Below, piece by piece: positions 34,761-48,269 of a stretch of DNA of 64,000 bases (position 1 is the stretch's first letter; each line of letters opens with the position of its first letter). The notes beneath the pieces are model-generated. The model was not told where the DNA came from and did not search any database. It saw only the letters and a list, made by a program, of their open reading frames with translations. The stretch is from Polymyxa betae A26-41 (taxonomy: Eukaryota > Protista > Endomyxa: Phytomyxea): contig RBZT01000578.1 of NCBI GenBank assembly GCA_003693705.1, positions 62,001-126,000 of the forward strand, read 5' to 3'. The position numbers and the translations under genes are program-made.

Positions 34761-36033
34761 ATGGATGACAACCGCATCTCGTTGGAGTTTGGTGATTCGG
34801 TCAATTTGGATAGGGAATTGGGCTACGAAGTCCCAGACCTGCATCAAGATGTGAATGATTACACCGCGTTTGAAGTCGATGTGCGATTTGAGTAAGGAAA
34901 ACCCCACTTTCTGTTTGTCTAGTTAAAGCTCCGGGTTTCTAACCAAAACCGTCTCCAGGTTTGATGCTCCTCAATATTATGATTTCATGGAAGAGATGAT
35001 GCAAAATGTTGATATGAAACTATTAGCTGAAGATCCTTCTAACGATGACTGGTTCAGCGAACATCATGTTCGCCATGAAGCTCAAAAAACATTGGAATGC
35101 ACTGCCTCAGTTAAACGACGCTGTCGTAACATTGCACAGCCTGATGAATCCTCTTCAATTGAGAAACTCTTGGCGGAACATAACCGGAAGATCAGAGAAG
35201 AAAATATGCTTAAAGTCAAAAGTAGGAGAGGCGACAGCGAGGCTGCCAGCAAATCTCCCATCAAACGATCGCTTATATCGAAGCCCGAGGCTAATGTGAG
35301 AAACCCGTCTCCACAGCGACCAAAGCTATTAAGGAAGACAGTCATCGTCTCTTCGTCTTTACCGAAATCGCCGCGGCCCACGAAGCTTTTGAGAAAATCA
35401 GTAATCGTTCCTTCGTCGGAATTAGAATCACCAAGCCGTAACAGGAAGCTTACCGAGCTCCCAAAGTCAAATTCGATATCTGGACGAAAGCGTGTCAGAC
35501 AGTCTACCATTTTCGCTTCATCTGGTCCAGCGTCGCCGCAGCGAAGCAGGCTTCTGAGAAAATCTGTAATTGTCACAGAAAGTGAAATCAAGCTGAGAGC
35601 TCGCGATCCTAATATTGATGTTGCTCTTAAAGATAACCGTGTTTGCAAGCCTCCAACCTACAACGCGCCGATAAAAACGAGGGTAGAAATCAACGTCTGC
35701 GCTCCAGCTTGTAAATCCTCCATTACCAATGCTGCTAAGGATACTCCAGTTGTAAAGAAGCCAAGGTCTGGAAAAGAAAACATGGACGATATTGCTGAAA
35801 TGCTGGCCAATCATAATCAGAAATTCAAATCCCGACCGTCCTATGTCCCAAGGCAGCATTCGACTCGGGATGTTCGTCAGTGGGAGAGATTGACCGGAAA
35901 GCTATGGTACGAGCTCGGTCCAGAGGATCGGGAAATTGCCAATCATGAAATCGCTGAAATGAAAAACGCTCAAAAGTCAAACATAAAACAGCCTGCTCAC
36001 CAAGGCGTTGGCTACATATCCTGTCCTAGATAA
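34761..36033 (+). CDS. TPX2-like protein with N-terminal Aurora-binding motif
   Basis: Intron 34892-34958 creates RFE|FDAPQYYDF...DDWF, matching the [YF]x[YF]DAP...WF Aurora-binding motif of TPX2. The remainder is basic and SP-rich. Confidence 0.6.
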
Positions 36034-36103
36034 AATTGATTGAGCTATTCTTACGATTGTTCGATTTTGGTAATGATCGAATATATATACTTCTATGCAA
36101 GCT

Positions 36104-36830
36104 TCATGATTGCAGTGGCTGCCGTTTGACATATCCGTGTCCAATGAAGTTATCTACCACGCCTTCAGATTGAATCTCTTTTCGTCCATATCCGATGACG
36201 CTTGCGTACTTTTTCATGTTCCTTGCAGTCGTATTTCGGTTGCCCTTTTCAGCTGGCAACTTTGACACTGATTCAAGGGATCGAGTCAAAATCTGTTGCG
36301 TCTGAGTTGGAGTTTGGGCAAAGACTCGTTTGCCTCGATGGCGGCTATGTGATTTCTCGCCAAGGATGGGATTTCCTTGCCTTTTGAGTTCCTCAAATTT
36401 CAAATTTCGGGTTTTCTCAGCTAATTCCCGTTTCATAGTCAGATTCTGAAAGACTAAATCAATTTCGATCTAAGCCACCTAAGCAATCGTTAACCTGTTG
36501 AATCTTGTATACTTCTATCTTCTTATTTGGCCATATTTTCTCAGCAGCTCGTCGATAAAAACCCTTATGAAATTTGGTTTCATTCAAACTTTGTGGAGAT
36601 TTAAACTAAGCGAGTGTGAGCAGCGAAAATTCTTGCAAAGAACAATGACTTGCCTGGGAGATGTTTGATGAATTATCATGATGCATGAGGAAATTCCATC
36701 GCCGGAACTCGTCGACCACATCATAATGGCGTCGGCCCCTATATTCCACAACTGAGTGCGATGCTGAAAACATTTAACCAATGATGCAAATCTACCGATC
36801 CTTCAGCCGTACCAAGAATATCTCATACCC
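36104..36830 (-). CDS. Hypothetical basic protein, multi-exon, start uncertain
   Basis: Terminal exon ORF 36104-36436 with upstream exon-like fragments. No domain recognised. Confidence 0.4.
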
Positions 36831-36975
36831 TTTTAAACTGAGTTATCCCTTATCCCTTCTTGCATCCCGAGTCGGATAGATGGGACCAGATTTTCTTGAC
36901 GAATATTCCAATCCAGTCTATCGGGAATGTCCATCGCGACAGAACGCTCCTATTTAAGGTTCAGCTATCAACGTC

Positions 36976-38659
36976 ATGACCATTGGTCAAATGTCAGATA
37001 GCTCTACGTTCTGTGACGAGGCTGCTTATTGCGCTGTCGTTAGCATTACATCACCATCAATCTATCTTCCTCCTTTCGAAAAAGCTCATCGAACCTGTAT
37101 CTCTGTTGCCAGCAGACGAAGTCAAGTCCAATCTCTTGAAAGTCGCGTCAGTGCATGATGTTGCAGGCCAGAGTGGGTCCGGATGTACATCCGATATTAA
37201 CCCAGGTGTTACAGAGCAGAGGTCTCATATCTTATGTTGAATGCATCCAGAATTAATCAATCCTAGGATGGAGCATCGTCGGCGAAGGCGACCAGCGCTG
37301 GGTCCTCAATTGGCAGCATAGCCGGTTTCCGCCGTCGCTATACCACACGTGTGAAAAACATCAGCGCCTGAACCGATTTCGGAATGCGACCGTCATTACA
37401 AGGAAGGTATTAAGGTTTGCTGTCGTAAGTATAGATAGTCTGATCATGTCAATTTATAGGACAACTTGGCTCGACAGCTACGACGAATGAGAAAAACATT
37501 CGGAAAGATCTATGATTTTGTTCCCAGAACATTTATTCTGCCCCGTGACAAAAAAGATATCGATCTCAGAACTGACCTAGAGCATGTTTGATAGCTTGAT
37601 TAAATTCAATAGCCATATTCACACTTTTTTAGATCTGGATAATGAAACCATGTGCTTCAAGCCAGGGCCGAGAAATCCGGCTCTGTAAGAATAAAGACCT
37701 ATCTGAAATGGACTTGTCCAAAATGAACTGCATTGTACAAGACTATATCAAAGATCCTATGCTTATAGATGGCTATAAGTTCGATCTTCGTCTATATGTA
37801 TTAGTGAAGTCATTTCAACCACTTCACGTTTGCTTATACAGAAGAGGTTTAGTCAGATTTTCTTCCGTGAGGTGGTTAGCGTTTGAATTGTCGTACTTTG
37901 ATGTCCTAATCGATTACAGATACGATCTGGATTCAATATCGAATATTTACAGTCATTTGACAAACAGCTCTATAAATAAGCATAATGAACAAGCATTGAA
38001 CCATAAATCATCATTGGGGCATCGCTCTAAATGGACGCTATCCCAGTTGTACTCTTATTTGCAGAAGCAAGGAGTGAACAATATTCGACTACATCGAAGG
38101 TTTTCGTTCAATATGACAATTTGGTTACCCCTAAACAATTGTAGAATTAGACATCTAATTGTTCTGACAATGGCGAGTGTTGTTCAAGATATCAAAGCCA
38201 ACCCACATTGTTTTGAGGTCTTTGGAATAGATATCCTTCTTGACGTTAATGCTAAGCCGTATGTTATCGAAGCCTACAGTTATCAAATTACTGAAAGTCT
38301 TCAGATGGTTGTTAGAAGTCAATGCCTCCCCAGCATTGGCAGTAAGTTGTATCGAAGACGAGCAAGTCAAAATTGTGAGAGATTGCTGTAGCATGTGTGT
38401 ATGTTACTGATTTTCTGTGATTCAGCCGATGTTAAACGATCTTCTTGATCGAGTCGGATTCCCAACGAAGAGCTGTTCTAATCCCCGTCCGAACGAGTTC
38501 GATCAGATCTATCCTCTATCAGAAGGACCATCACCTGGAACAAGTTCTGTGATATCGACTAAAGTCCATATCGATGCAATTCGTCAGGAGATCAGATCAT
38601 TGCGAAAAACCACGAAGGAATTAAATGGACTCCATAAAGTTCATACTAAAAACAGCTAG
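36976..38659 (+). CDS. Tubulin-tyrosine ligase-like protein (TTLL2-like polyglutamylase), start uncertain
   Basis: QRLNRFRNATVITRK|DNLARQL, WIMKPCASSQGREI, IVQDYIKDPMLIDGYKFDLRLYVLV, HLTNSSINK, CFEVFGIDILLD..KP|WLLEVNASPAL. Confidence 0.85.
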
Positions 38660-38701
38660 ACCATTCCGATCGATCGACTTGTACATCACCAGAATGACAT
38701 T

Positions 38702-41030
38702 ATGAGTAGCAGCGGCAACGATCAGCTCGCTCAAGCTGCCGCCGAAGATGTTGTTCGACGGCGGTATAATGCTGTCATGGGAATTGAGCAAGCTACAGAG
38801 GGATGGAGAGGCCCAATTCAATCAGGTATACGAAACATCAGCTCAGCGTTATCATATATGCGACTTCAAATCTCTACACAGCCTCGAGATAGGGTAGCTC
38901 TAAATAAATGAGATGATGGCAATATTATTGAAATCTTGACAGGAACCCATCTTAGACTGCATTCGAGTTCCTGACCCAAATCAGCCGGAGGCGCATGAAA
39001 CCAAGGTTGAACCGAGAAATCTGGGGATTCCGCTGCCTCCATTGAAGGTTTTATTTGTAATTCTAACGACGCCTGATATTCATTGGCACGATTAATTTCC
39101 AGCTTATCAAACAACGTCGGTTGCCAGAAAATCCAAACCCACGTAATTCTTCGAGTGCCGTACCAGGGAAACAATCCAGCATTTTCCCGCAATGGTTATG
39201 GAAGCGATCCGATTTCCAGGAGATCTACCGAATGCCTGCTGAAGATTTCTGTATCGATATGCTGATGAAGCCAATAGAGAAGCGGTCACATTTCGAAATC
39301 ATGACAGTAATCAAAAACACCAATATCGTATGCGGCCTGAAGTAAATGCTGTAGAGTCTGCAATGGATCCGCTCTGTGCGATGTTTCCCTGATCTAAGCG
39401 ATAGCGCCATTACTGACTTGTTGAAAATATCCTCATTAGCTACAGTACGACGAGGAGTTCTCTTATACACCAGAAATGAATGCGTCGATTCGTTGTTTCT
39501 CATTCGATCAGGGATCTTCGAAATGACCAACATTGGTAACAAACCTGGAGGGTATAGAGAACAGGTCCTATCGATAAAACCAGATCACCTTTTGTTTGAG
39601 ATGATGTCTGCAGGTTTCAGTTGGAACTCCAATCGGGTTTCCAATTGATTTAGATGCGATTGCAGAAGAAAAACGACTTAAACGTCGGTCGCCTTGCCAG
39701 CGACGTTGGGATATTCTGCGAGCGCTAATTCATTCCGGTAACAAAACGCAGCCAGAGACTATTCTTCGAAGACATTCAGCTAGAGCGCTCTCTGATTCAG
39801 TCGTCATCTGCATTCCATATTCAGGTAAGCAAAAGCTGTGTTTTAATGTGATTTCATGGATTGAACAAGAGACAGCGTTTGTGGCAAAGGTTGCAGAGGA
39901 AGAACGCCAGCTACGAGATCGGGCAGTGAAATTGTTGATGGGTATGGTCATCTTCTCGACGTGGTCTACCGATAGATTGTATCGATTAGCTGGAAGATTA
40001 ATTCGCGTTGAATGCGTTCAAAAACAATTAATCGTAGACCAGGTCAGTGCTATATACTCTTTTTGAGATGATGAATCTGCTCACTGAAAATGTCATTCTC
40101 TCAGGGGCGGTCTCTGGATTGTGTCTATTTCATAGAATCCGGATCGGTCTCATTAACTAGGCAGGTCGATTTGATTCGCCACAATCGTTGGCCAGTGGAT
40201 CGTGATCATTGGGATCGTCTGGATACAACAATCACGAAATCATTCGTTATCGATGTGGTCAATGCAGGAGATTTTTTTGGTGATGATGCTGTTCTCGGAG
40301 TAACGCCCAAATCCAACGAACCGTTTGACGATTTATTGTGAGCAGGTTCGAAAGTCGGCGACATCAGCCGTTTGCTTATCACCGAAATGCTCGCTGTTAA
40401 TGCTTCCAAGATCAGCATTCATCCACTTATATCAACCAACGACCATTCAGTATTTTCAGATGAGGCGGAATCAAGCGAGAGAGTTCGCCTTTTTCAAAGT
40501 ATACTCTTCATTGGGAAATTGCTCCTCTATAAAAAATCTACACACCTTGAATGTCTTGGATGATGATGAAGTTGCTTTCGCTGAACCAGCAGCAGACCAT
40601 TCAGGTTCGTCGGCTTCTCTCAGTGTCTAAATCGTTTCTGAAAGTCGTCTTCATGTTAGTAGATCAGGGCGTTGTTCTGACTGAAAGAGGGCGAGTTCTA
40701 AAATGTCCCCCTTTAACAAGAAAAATAGTTACAACAAAATCAATTGAGACGAGGGCAAGACGAAGCCGCAGCAGTGTACGTTGATTGCAACAATCAAAAT
40801 TTTCCTCTGAAAGTGTGATACCACAGGTCAATTTATCAGCCAAATCAGTTAGTCCCAAACCTAAGAAGAAAATGGCAAAAAGCCAATCAGAGGCGTTATT
40901 GAGTCGCCTATCCAGGACGAATGATGAGTCGTTCGAGACTGGTGCATTAATCGCTATTAGAGCACATCTCGAATCATTGATATCCAACCATGCGACTAAA
41001 CGAAATAAAGTCAAACGACAATCGACATAA
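38702..41030 (+). CDS. Protein with two cyclic-nucleotide-binding domains
   Basis: CNB-like segments FPDLSDSAITDLLK...LYTRNECVDSLFLIRSG and IFSTWSTDRLYRLA...DQ|GRSLDCVYFIESGSV...NAGDFFGDDAVL. Confidence 0.7.
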
Positions 41031-41664
41031 TTGATACTCTGCATTGGGATTACTGACTCCGGCCCATGTAGAGTTTCTAGGATACTCAATTCCGCTCCTG
41101 GATTGCTGTCTGTCCTTCATAACCGAGCCGATTACGTTGAATATGAAAACATCCTCGTGTATTCGACAAACATTCAAAATTCTGTTGGCGTTAATTATCA
41201 GATTTCATCTTCCTTGCCGAGCTGGCTAATTCACAATCTCCATGATATGCAATAACAGTCTACAATTAGTATCTGTACATGCTAACGGAACCGATTACAT
41301 TGAATCTGACAACGATTTATGATTTTCAGTTTGGTGAGTTTTTCATCCGTACGCCTTTGTCGCCTCCTCTTTCCGATTATCTTGGCGCTTATCCTGCATC
41401 ACAATCCTGGGCTTTGGTCCTCTTGTTACTGTTGCTCTTCCTTCAACAGGGCTTGCTTTTTTAAAGGTCGACAAGAAAACATCAAAAATATGTTTTCCAG
41501 ACCCGGATTTAACTAATACCTCTAATAAATTATAATTTGCAGTGTACGCCTAAACATAGCTAACTACTAGAAGCCTGCCCAGAAATGAATAAAAACAAAA
41601 TGAATTGAAGTGATAGTTGAAACAGAGATTTCGAACGTTTAATCAATGTTTAATAACAATTTAT

Positions 41665-43738
41665 TTAGACTTTCCAACGAGCCAACGTTGCATGGACCCC
41701 ATTCCATAAACATAAATTATTAAATGGTATATACTGATTTGTTAGCAGTTTCAGCGATTCCTGCGCTGCAATTCCTGCAAGTTGCTGAGTTAAATGAGAA
41801 GATGAGCTGATGCATAATATACCTGCAATAACTGCCGCTGTATTGTGCACTGATGATGACCCAAATCTAACCATTTCTTCGAGGCACTTCTCATTGATAT
41901 GATCTGTCCCCAGTCCAACGTTTTTGAAGATATCGGAAGCAATTGCTTTCATTTTAGTGAGGTCGTCTTCCAGCGATGTGTCATTACTACTGAACATGAT
42001 AAGTGAGTCCCGAAACAGTAACCACAAGGAATTTTACCAATCGCCGGGATATCGTTGATGTTGTGAATAGAAAACATCAGCACATTTTACTGCAATAAAC
42101 CAATGAATGTCATTGGGCGGCTGCTCGACTTCATTGCCATTTGAGTTTTGGACTGCATCCAGCCCATCAATTTCTTCAGCCAAAGATTCGCAAATTATGC
42201 TTTTGATAATTTCGTCGCAATCTGATCCTATATCATGTGAAAGGTCTCGCATGCGAGATACATGCAGCGAGCGACAATTCTTGGCAAATAATTCGATCTC
42301 TGTCTCAGATACATAAGTCTCAGGTAAATCGAATGACTTCAGGATTTTGCCAACATTTCTGGTTAAAGCATTGCGGTCGCATAAGCTCTTATCTGAATAA
42401 AGCTTCTTAATAGCAATATAAGAAGAAGTCTCTGCTGTCATGTCTGGTAACCGGGGTGAGACAGGAAGGAAGCCATGACCTTCATTCTGAATGAACTCTT
42501 TCAGAGCACGTACTAACAACCAAAATTGGGATGGGATTGATGACGAGTTGGTTTTAGGATCTGACAAAACGGTTTGCAACTCCGAGCTGAACAGTATTCA
42601 GGAATCCATCGACAAGTTAAAGACGTAATACCTGATTATGTATTTTGGGTCGCGTAAAACGTAATGCGAGTACCGAAGAGCTTCCTCAAAATTAGCTGAT
42701 TTGAATCGATCATGTGAAGAGATAAAGGATCTGAACGCAGCTGGACTAATAGCCAAATCTGGGTTTTGAGTGCGGTATTTTCTATATAACAGTACAAGAA
42801 TAGCCAGGAACGGAATATGAGAGTAGAGGAATTCGTCAGGGTTTGGATTAAAAAGATCGAAGGAAGATAGGAGCTGGTCAAGTTCTGGAAAGCGTTTGAG
42901 TTGTGAATGATGCAGATAGAGATCAGTCATGTCGGAATCTGGATGAACCTCAACAACGGTGTGTTCGCCAATAGCTGAAACGCCCATATTATTTGACATG
43001 CGTGCCATATGCTTGGCTCTGTGTTACCCATTCGTAAAGAGGCGATTAAACAAAAGGATCGTGCATGTAGAAAAGGAATATTGTCAGAATACAGTATCTC
43101 ACACAAAGACGACGCCAGCTGCAAAGGAATCTCGGTAGCAATTACTAGAAATAAGGAGTAAATAGATGAGAAGTGAGCGAAATGAAAGGCTCACCGAGCT
43201 GAAATTTCTTCAAAAATTTCAGGTCGTCGTTGTCGACCTGTCGGTGGCAGCCTTCAATGAAAGTTTTCGGATCCCGAATGATGCTTTCAATGGAGCATTC
43301 TGGATTCAATTCGCCTAAAAGCGTAGCAATGGCGGTTGCACGAGGACTGTCGAGGTCCCCATGGGCAAGGAAAAAATTGTTGCCAAGGTCTTCAATGCAA
43401 ACAGTAGCATTATCCATTACAACAAAACCTAAAACACTTGGTTGGCAAAAATGAAAAGCCCAGCACTGAAACTGACCAGCCACATTAGCTAATACCAGCG
43501 ATTTGATATATTCAGATGCAATTGGTCCTATTGAACTTGAATACTTGAAGAAGAATGTATCTAGGGGCAATATTACCAGATCCCAAAACCAGAACTTTGG
43601 AGGATTCCAAGGCCTGCTGTCCACGTGATCCCCATAGTCTGAATCCGCAAGTTCAGACCTAGCCAGAATGGACGAAATTTAGGACGGTGCTCACCTGATC
43701 TGTCGATCGAACTTGTGATCGTGATGGGATGGCTCCAT
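41665..43738 (-). CDS. NAE1: NEDD8-activating enzyme E1 regulatory subunit (APPBP1/ULA1/AXR1)
   Basis: MEPSHHDHKFDRQIR|LWGSRGQQALESSKV, DLGNNFFL, EHTVVEVHPD, HIPFLAIL, FWLLVRALKEFI, LPDMTAETSSYI, EMVRFG, AAQESLKLLTNQYIPFNN. Confidence 0.93.
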
Positions 43739-43981
43739 TGTATGCCCAGAATCACTATGGAATCAACTCGGATGTCGCACGCACACCCTTCATGACTTCA
43801 TCCACAATTGCCTCATCACCCCAAATGTAACCAAGACTACATTGTTTGGGTAACATAAGCGAGCAATGTGAAAACCCTGAATAGGCCACCACCATTGGGA
43901 CACATTGGCCTATTAACAGTATGACGCATACATTAAGATCGAGGTAGACTGCCATCATATGATCTATGGATTTTAGAGATC

Positions 43982-45633
43982 ATGTCAGATAAGCATCTTG
44001 ATGACGATGATGATGATACTGAAGAGAAGCTTGGATTGCTAAGGTCCAAAACGCTAACAAAGCCTGATGATAAAGACTCGATAAGCGAACTGCTGAAGGG
44101 TATTAACCTTGAAAAACCTGTAGCGAAATCTAGCCGGAATAGTGCAGTAAGAAACCGTTTGCTCGGAGGCTTGTTGCCACCACCACCTCCGCCATCGAAC
44201 CCATTGTCTACGAATCAAAACTTGAAATCTGGAACCAATAATCTTACGATGGCGTCCGTGGTCCAACTAGCGAAAGAATTTTATCGATCGAAGCTGGAAA
44301 ATGAATCACTGGAGCGCCTTTCTGATAATCTTCAAAGGGAGAATGAAGTACTTCAAGAGCTGTACGATTTTTCGAGGCATCTACGGAATCCAATCGCTTT
44401 TCCAAATACAACAAAAATTAAGGTTCGGTTAGTCATACAACATCGGACAGTTAAAATTGTGTAATTAAATGATTTTCAGAATATGCGACAAGGTGCACAT
44501 TATCTACCAAGATCACTGAATACTCTTCACAATGTCTTGGCTCGAGAAAGGGCCCTTCTATGTGGCCAAATATCTTCTTCTGTTTCTGAAGTGGTTGGAT
44601 TATATGCTCAGGCCACAATCCGTCCTATTAAGGTAAGCTATTTCAAAATGATGAGCGATATCTGACTCACATCAAGGATGAAGAATTCGCACATGATTCC
44701 TGGCAAGAAAACGAGCAAAATCAGGCAACATATTGTTTCCGTGCTCGTAAACGGCTAGGCCTCGTCAGCACTGTTTCATGCATTATTCGCATTAATAGCA
44801 ACGAACGCCGACTTACAATCAGTTCGAAAGAATGGCTTCAAGACGTCAGAGTTCTGGCCCGAAATTTGACTTCTATCTCTTTGTCTTCAACGAAGACCTA
44901 CGAGGCAATTCTGGTCAGGCAGCACGGCACGGTCGCCGAGATCGACACGCTGGTATTCAGCAACTCGTTCTACTCTACGTTGTTTATCGAAAAAGCAAAA
45001 CAGCTTCTGTCAAACAATGATCCCCAAATCACGAATCAACATTCCCTTTGGACGCCAAAGGTTTTAGATACATCGGGAGTAGAATTACCTCCAGATCTGC
45101 ACGATTTAGCTCATTTCGTAAACGAGAAGCTGAAACCGTATTGGGCAACTTCGCCTGAAAAAGAATGGCTCAGGCAGGCTTCCAACTCGATTTTCCTTGA
45201 CCAAGATCGGCTTCGATTCTTGACCGGTGGAACTTCGTCTTCGATAACAATGGAAATTACTGAAGCCATGATGCGAAGTATATTGATCCTCAAATTTGTA
45301 ATTATTCCCAAAGAAGACGGTGTGAACGACAATTCCAGTGAAAGTACTGCAGGAGGGAACAGTGACAAGTTAATTACCGAATTAGCTATCAACATGCATG
45401 GGCATTGGTGCTTAGTTGTAAACCGACTGCAAGAGTTAGCTGCTAAAGGTTTCACACAAGAGACGATCCCGGAGCGACAGCAAGATTTTTTTCGAGAGGT
45501 GCCATTCAGTAAATTACCGCCTGCCGAGCAGCAAATGTATTTCGATGACGCGCGGCGAATGATTGCTTTCATGAACGAATTTGGATATATAATTACAGAA
45601 GATCAAAAGACTATAGAAACAGAAGACGAATAA
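43982..45633 (+). CDS. Protein with C-terminal RyR-repeat-like domain(s)
   Basis: WTPKVLDTSGVELPPDL...YWA and LAINMHGHWC...VPFSKLPPAEQQMY...FGYII match the RyR repeat consensus. The N-terminus has a poly-Pro tract and a coiled coil. Confidence 0.6.
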
Positions 45634-45905
45634 ATCTCACTGCTGGTACTGATCACAATGTCATTTCATGCGTCTTGCTTTCTTGGTTGCAAACGGAAGT
45701 CATGCTATTCCGCAAACGGTATGTCGTTTAATGTCGAATGGGACGCGCCTGAGGTGGCGACAGAAAGGATGAGAGATGGATACAGCAATGAAAGGTTCAC
45801 AGAGATATCTTGGTGTCTGGCTCAATATTACTACTGTTTACGTTTCCCTTCCATGTTACACATGACTGCATACGGTAGACTATTCATTTAATGAATTCTC
45901 TTAGC

Positions 45906-47193
45906 ATGGCTTCGCTACAAGATCTCCATTTCGCTGCTGCTTTAGCTGTGGTCAAGGCGCAGACCCTCAGCAATCTACAATCAAATCAGGATGCAGATCG
46001 CGGACGAGTCGAATTGCTGCAAGTTGAAGTGGAACGGTTGCGCCAGGGTTAGCAGTACGATGAGCCGATTACAATATGACTGTTGTTCAGAGAATGATCA
46101 ATTAAAGCAGCAGATTGAAGCAATGGATCAGGCGGCGTCACCAAGTATGAATCTGGATTTTCCAGACTCAATCATCATCAACCTGAAAGATCCAGTAATG
46201 ATCAACACATTCAAACAAGTAGACATCATACGATCTTACATTGAGCGATGTCGTGATCGGGCATTCGATTCAGGTGAGGCTTGATTCCCTTGACTATAAC
46301 GAGCTTGTAAAAAAATCGTTCAGGAACGGTTTTCGTCGATATAACTTGTGATGTGCTTCTTGCTTTATCAGATTCCAGCCTTCGACAAAACAAAAACGAT
46401 GTCGTTTATGCTGCAGATTGGATCGGAGGCAATGGCTTATTTACTAATGGACGAAGTTCTAATATTGCTATTTTAGAAGGTCTGGATATTGCATTTAACA
46501 ACAATTCCAATCCTCCAGAGGATTGTGTGATGCGAGTATCCAATGCCCTTTTGCTCATGATGAGTACTTTCAGGAAGACCGACTGCTTCAGTGAACCGTT
46601 TATGACTGTTTCAAATCTATGGAGACAGCATAACAATCCAATATTGCTAGGCAATAGTTAGCTTTGAGAATGATCTTCTGCTGATCTGTAATGTAGACGT
46701 TCGTGAACAGGTTATGCATTTTCTAATACATTTAGCAAAACGGCCCGGGCTAGCAGAATTTATTATATCAGGGCTTTGCTCTGAACTGCTTGTAATAATC
46801 AATGATACCGCGGACGCCTTAAACACCGACGATCATGTTCGCCATTCACAAAATGCATCATATATATGCAGCGCTATCGACTTGATTTTGCAAAACCAGA
46901 CGAACCGCCCTAAACTGGAGGCTGACAAAGATTTATCTGCATCAGATCAGCTATCAAAATACTCAGGTACAGTACTGTCATTAGGCATTCATTATGCATA
47001 ATGAGAATATTCAGGTTTGAGAAAATGGGTAGAAATCTGGCCAGAGATTCTGACATTATCCGTCAAAGTTTGTGATAAGTTACCTTTAATAACCACATTC
47101 ATGTGGCGATTATCAGTCTGTATTGAAGGCGGATGTGGAACAGCCTGGCGTATAGGTCTTCACGAATTAAAAGAGTCCATCATTTGTGGATAA
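45906..47193 (+). CDS. MEI4: Meiotic double-strand-break factor MEI4/PRD2/Rec24-like
   Basis: N-terminus FAAALAVVKAQ...RGRVELLQVEVERLRQ, internal NASYICSAIDLILQ, and C-terminal VCDKLPLITTFMWRLSVCI. These resemble the recalled mammalian MEI4 motifs LALALAIIRSK...KVEILEAEVMQLRQ, NIFYLFWVLEQLLQ and LSDAFPLFTFYLWRVGILL. Confidence 0.7.
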
Positions 47194-47317
47194 CTGTGCA
47201 TAATAATCAGAAAGGCAATACAGCTGAAAATAAGGCGTTGCTGAAAGCTTGTGCTTGTCATTGATATTCAGGTCCGCACGGAGTTATGGGCCTCATTAAA
47301 CCATCCAAGACGGTATC

Positions 47318-48181
47318 ATGGGTGACGACCATGGTCACATCAGCTCCGATGGTGAAGATATTGCCAACGTCGGACGCCCCATCAGCGATCTGGTCGATGA
47401 CACCTTAGCCGACGATCTGGAACTGTTTGACTTGTCGCTGAAGAAGAAGAAAAAGAAGAAGAAGAAGAAAGAGGATGAGGCAGGTTGGAAATTCTTTGAC
47501 ATCGTCGGCTTAGCACTGAGCTTATCATTTGTAGAGCTCGTCGAAGCCGTTTCTAGCAGCGCCAATGGAAGGACCTGGGATGGCACAGATCGTGATTATG
47601 GATACATTGAGGTATTGTATTTTTGTGTTTTTTTTGCGAATTCTTTAATCGCTGATGACTTCTTGATAGATGTTGGATAGAATATTCTCCCTTCTTCGCG
47701 AAAAGAACCCGAACTTATCAGAGCGTAAACGGCATACGATGCCACCACCTCAAATGGTTCGTATCGGCTCCAGGAAAACTATGTGGGCCAACATTGCCCA
47801 AATTTGCGATTTATTGAACCGAAATATGGAGCATATGATCTCATTCATTATGGCTGAATTGGGTACTGAAGGCTCTGTTGACGGCAATCAGCGTCTTGTG
47901 GTAAGTTCATATAATTGTTTATTGGAGTTTTGGGTTTATTATGTTTGCAGATTAAGGGTCGATATTTGCCGAAGCAAATCGAAAGTCTGCTGAAGAAGTA
48001 TATTAAGGAATACGTAGAATGCAGCATGTGTAAAAATCCAGAGACTACGCTTTCTCGTGACAGTTTAACACGGTTGTATTTTATCAAATGCGAAATGTGT
48101 GGCTCGTCGCGTTCGGTCGCTCCGATTAAATCCGGTTTCCATGCCACTCTACGCGCTGATCGTCGGGCAGCTAAAAAATAA
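47318..48181 (+). CDS. EIF2S2: Translation initiation factor eIF2 beta
   Basis: Poly-Lys box [21 protein letters not shown]|[20 protein letters not shown], and a C4 zinc finger YVECSMCK...[17 protein letters not shown]. Confidence 0.95.
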
Positions 48182-48269
48182 ATTGAAGCTGGAATTTTAC
48201 TCAAGTCGCTGGTAAATAAAACCTCCTTATTCAAAAACAGGAATTTCAGCTCGTAAATGGATATATTGT

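Noticed and set aside
38258-38320. Apparent non-canonical intron in TTLL (PYVIE...VNASP)
   Set aside because: A canonical GT-AG intron starting in the Pro codon restores KPWLLEVNASPAL.
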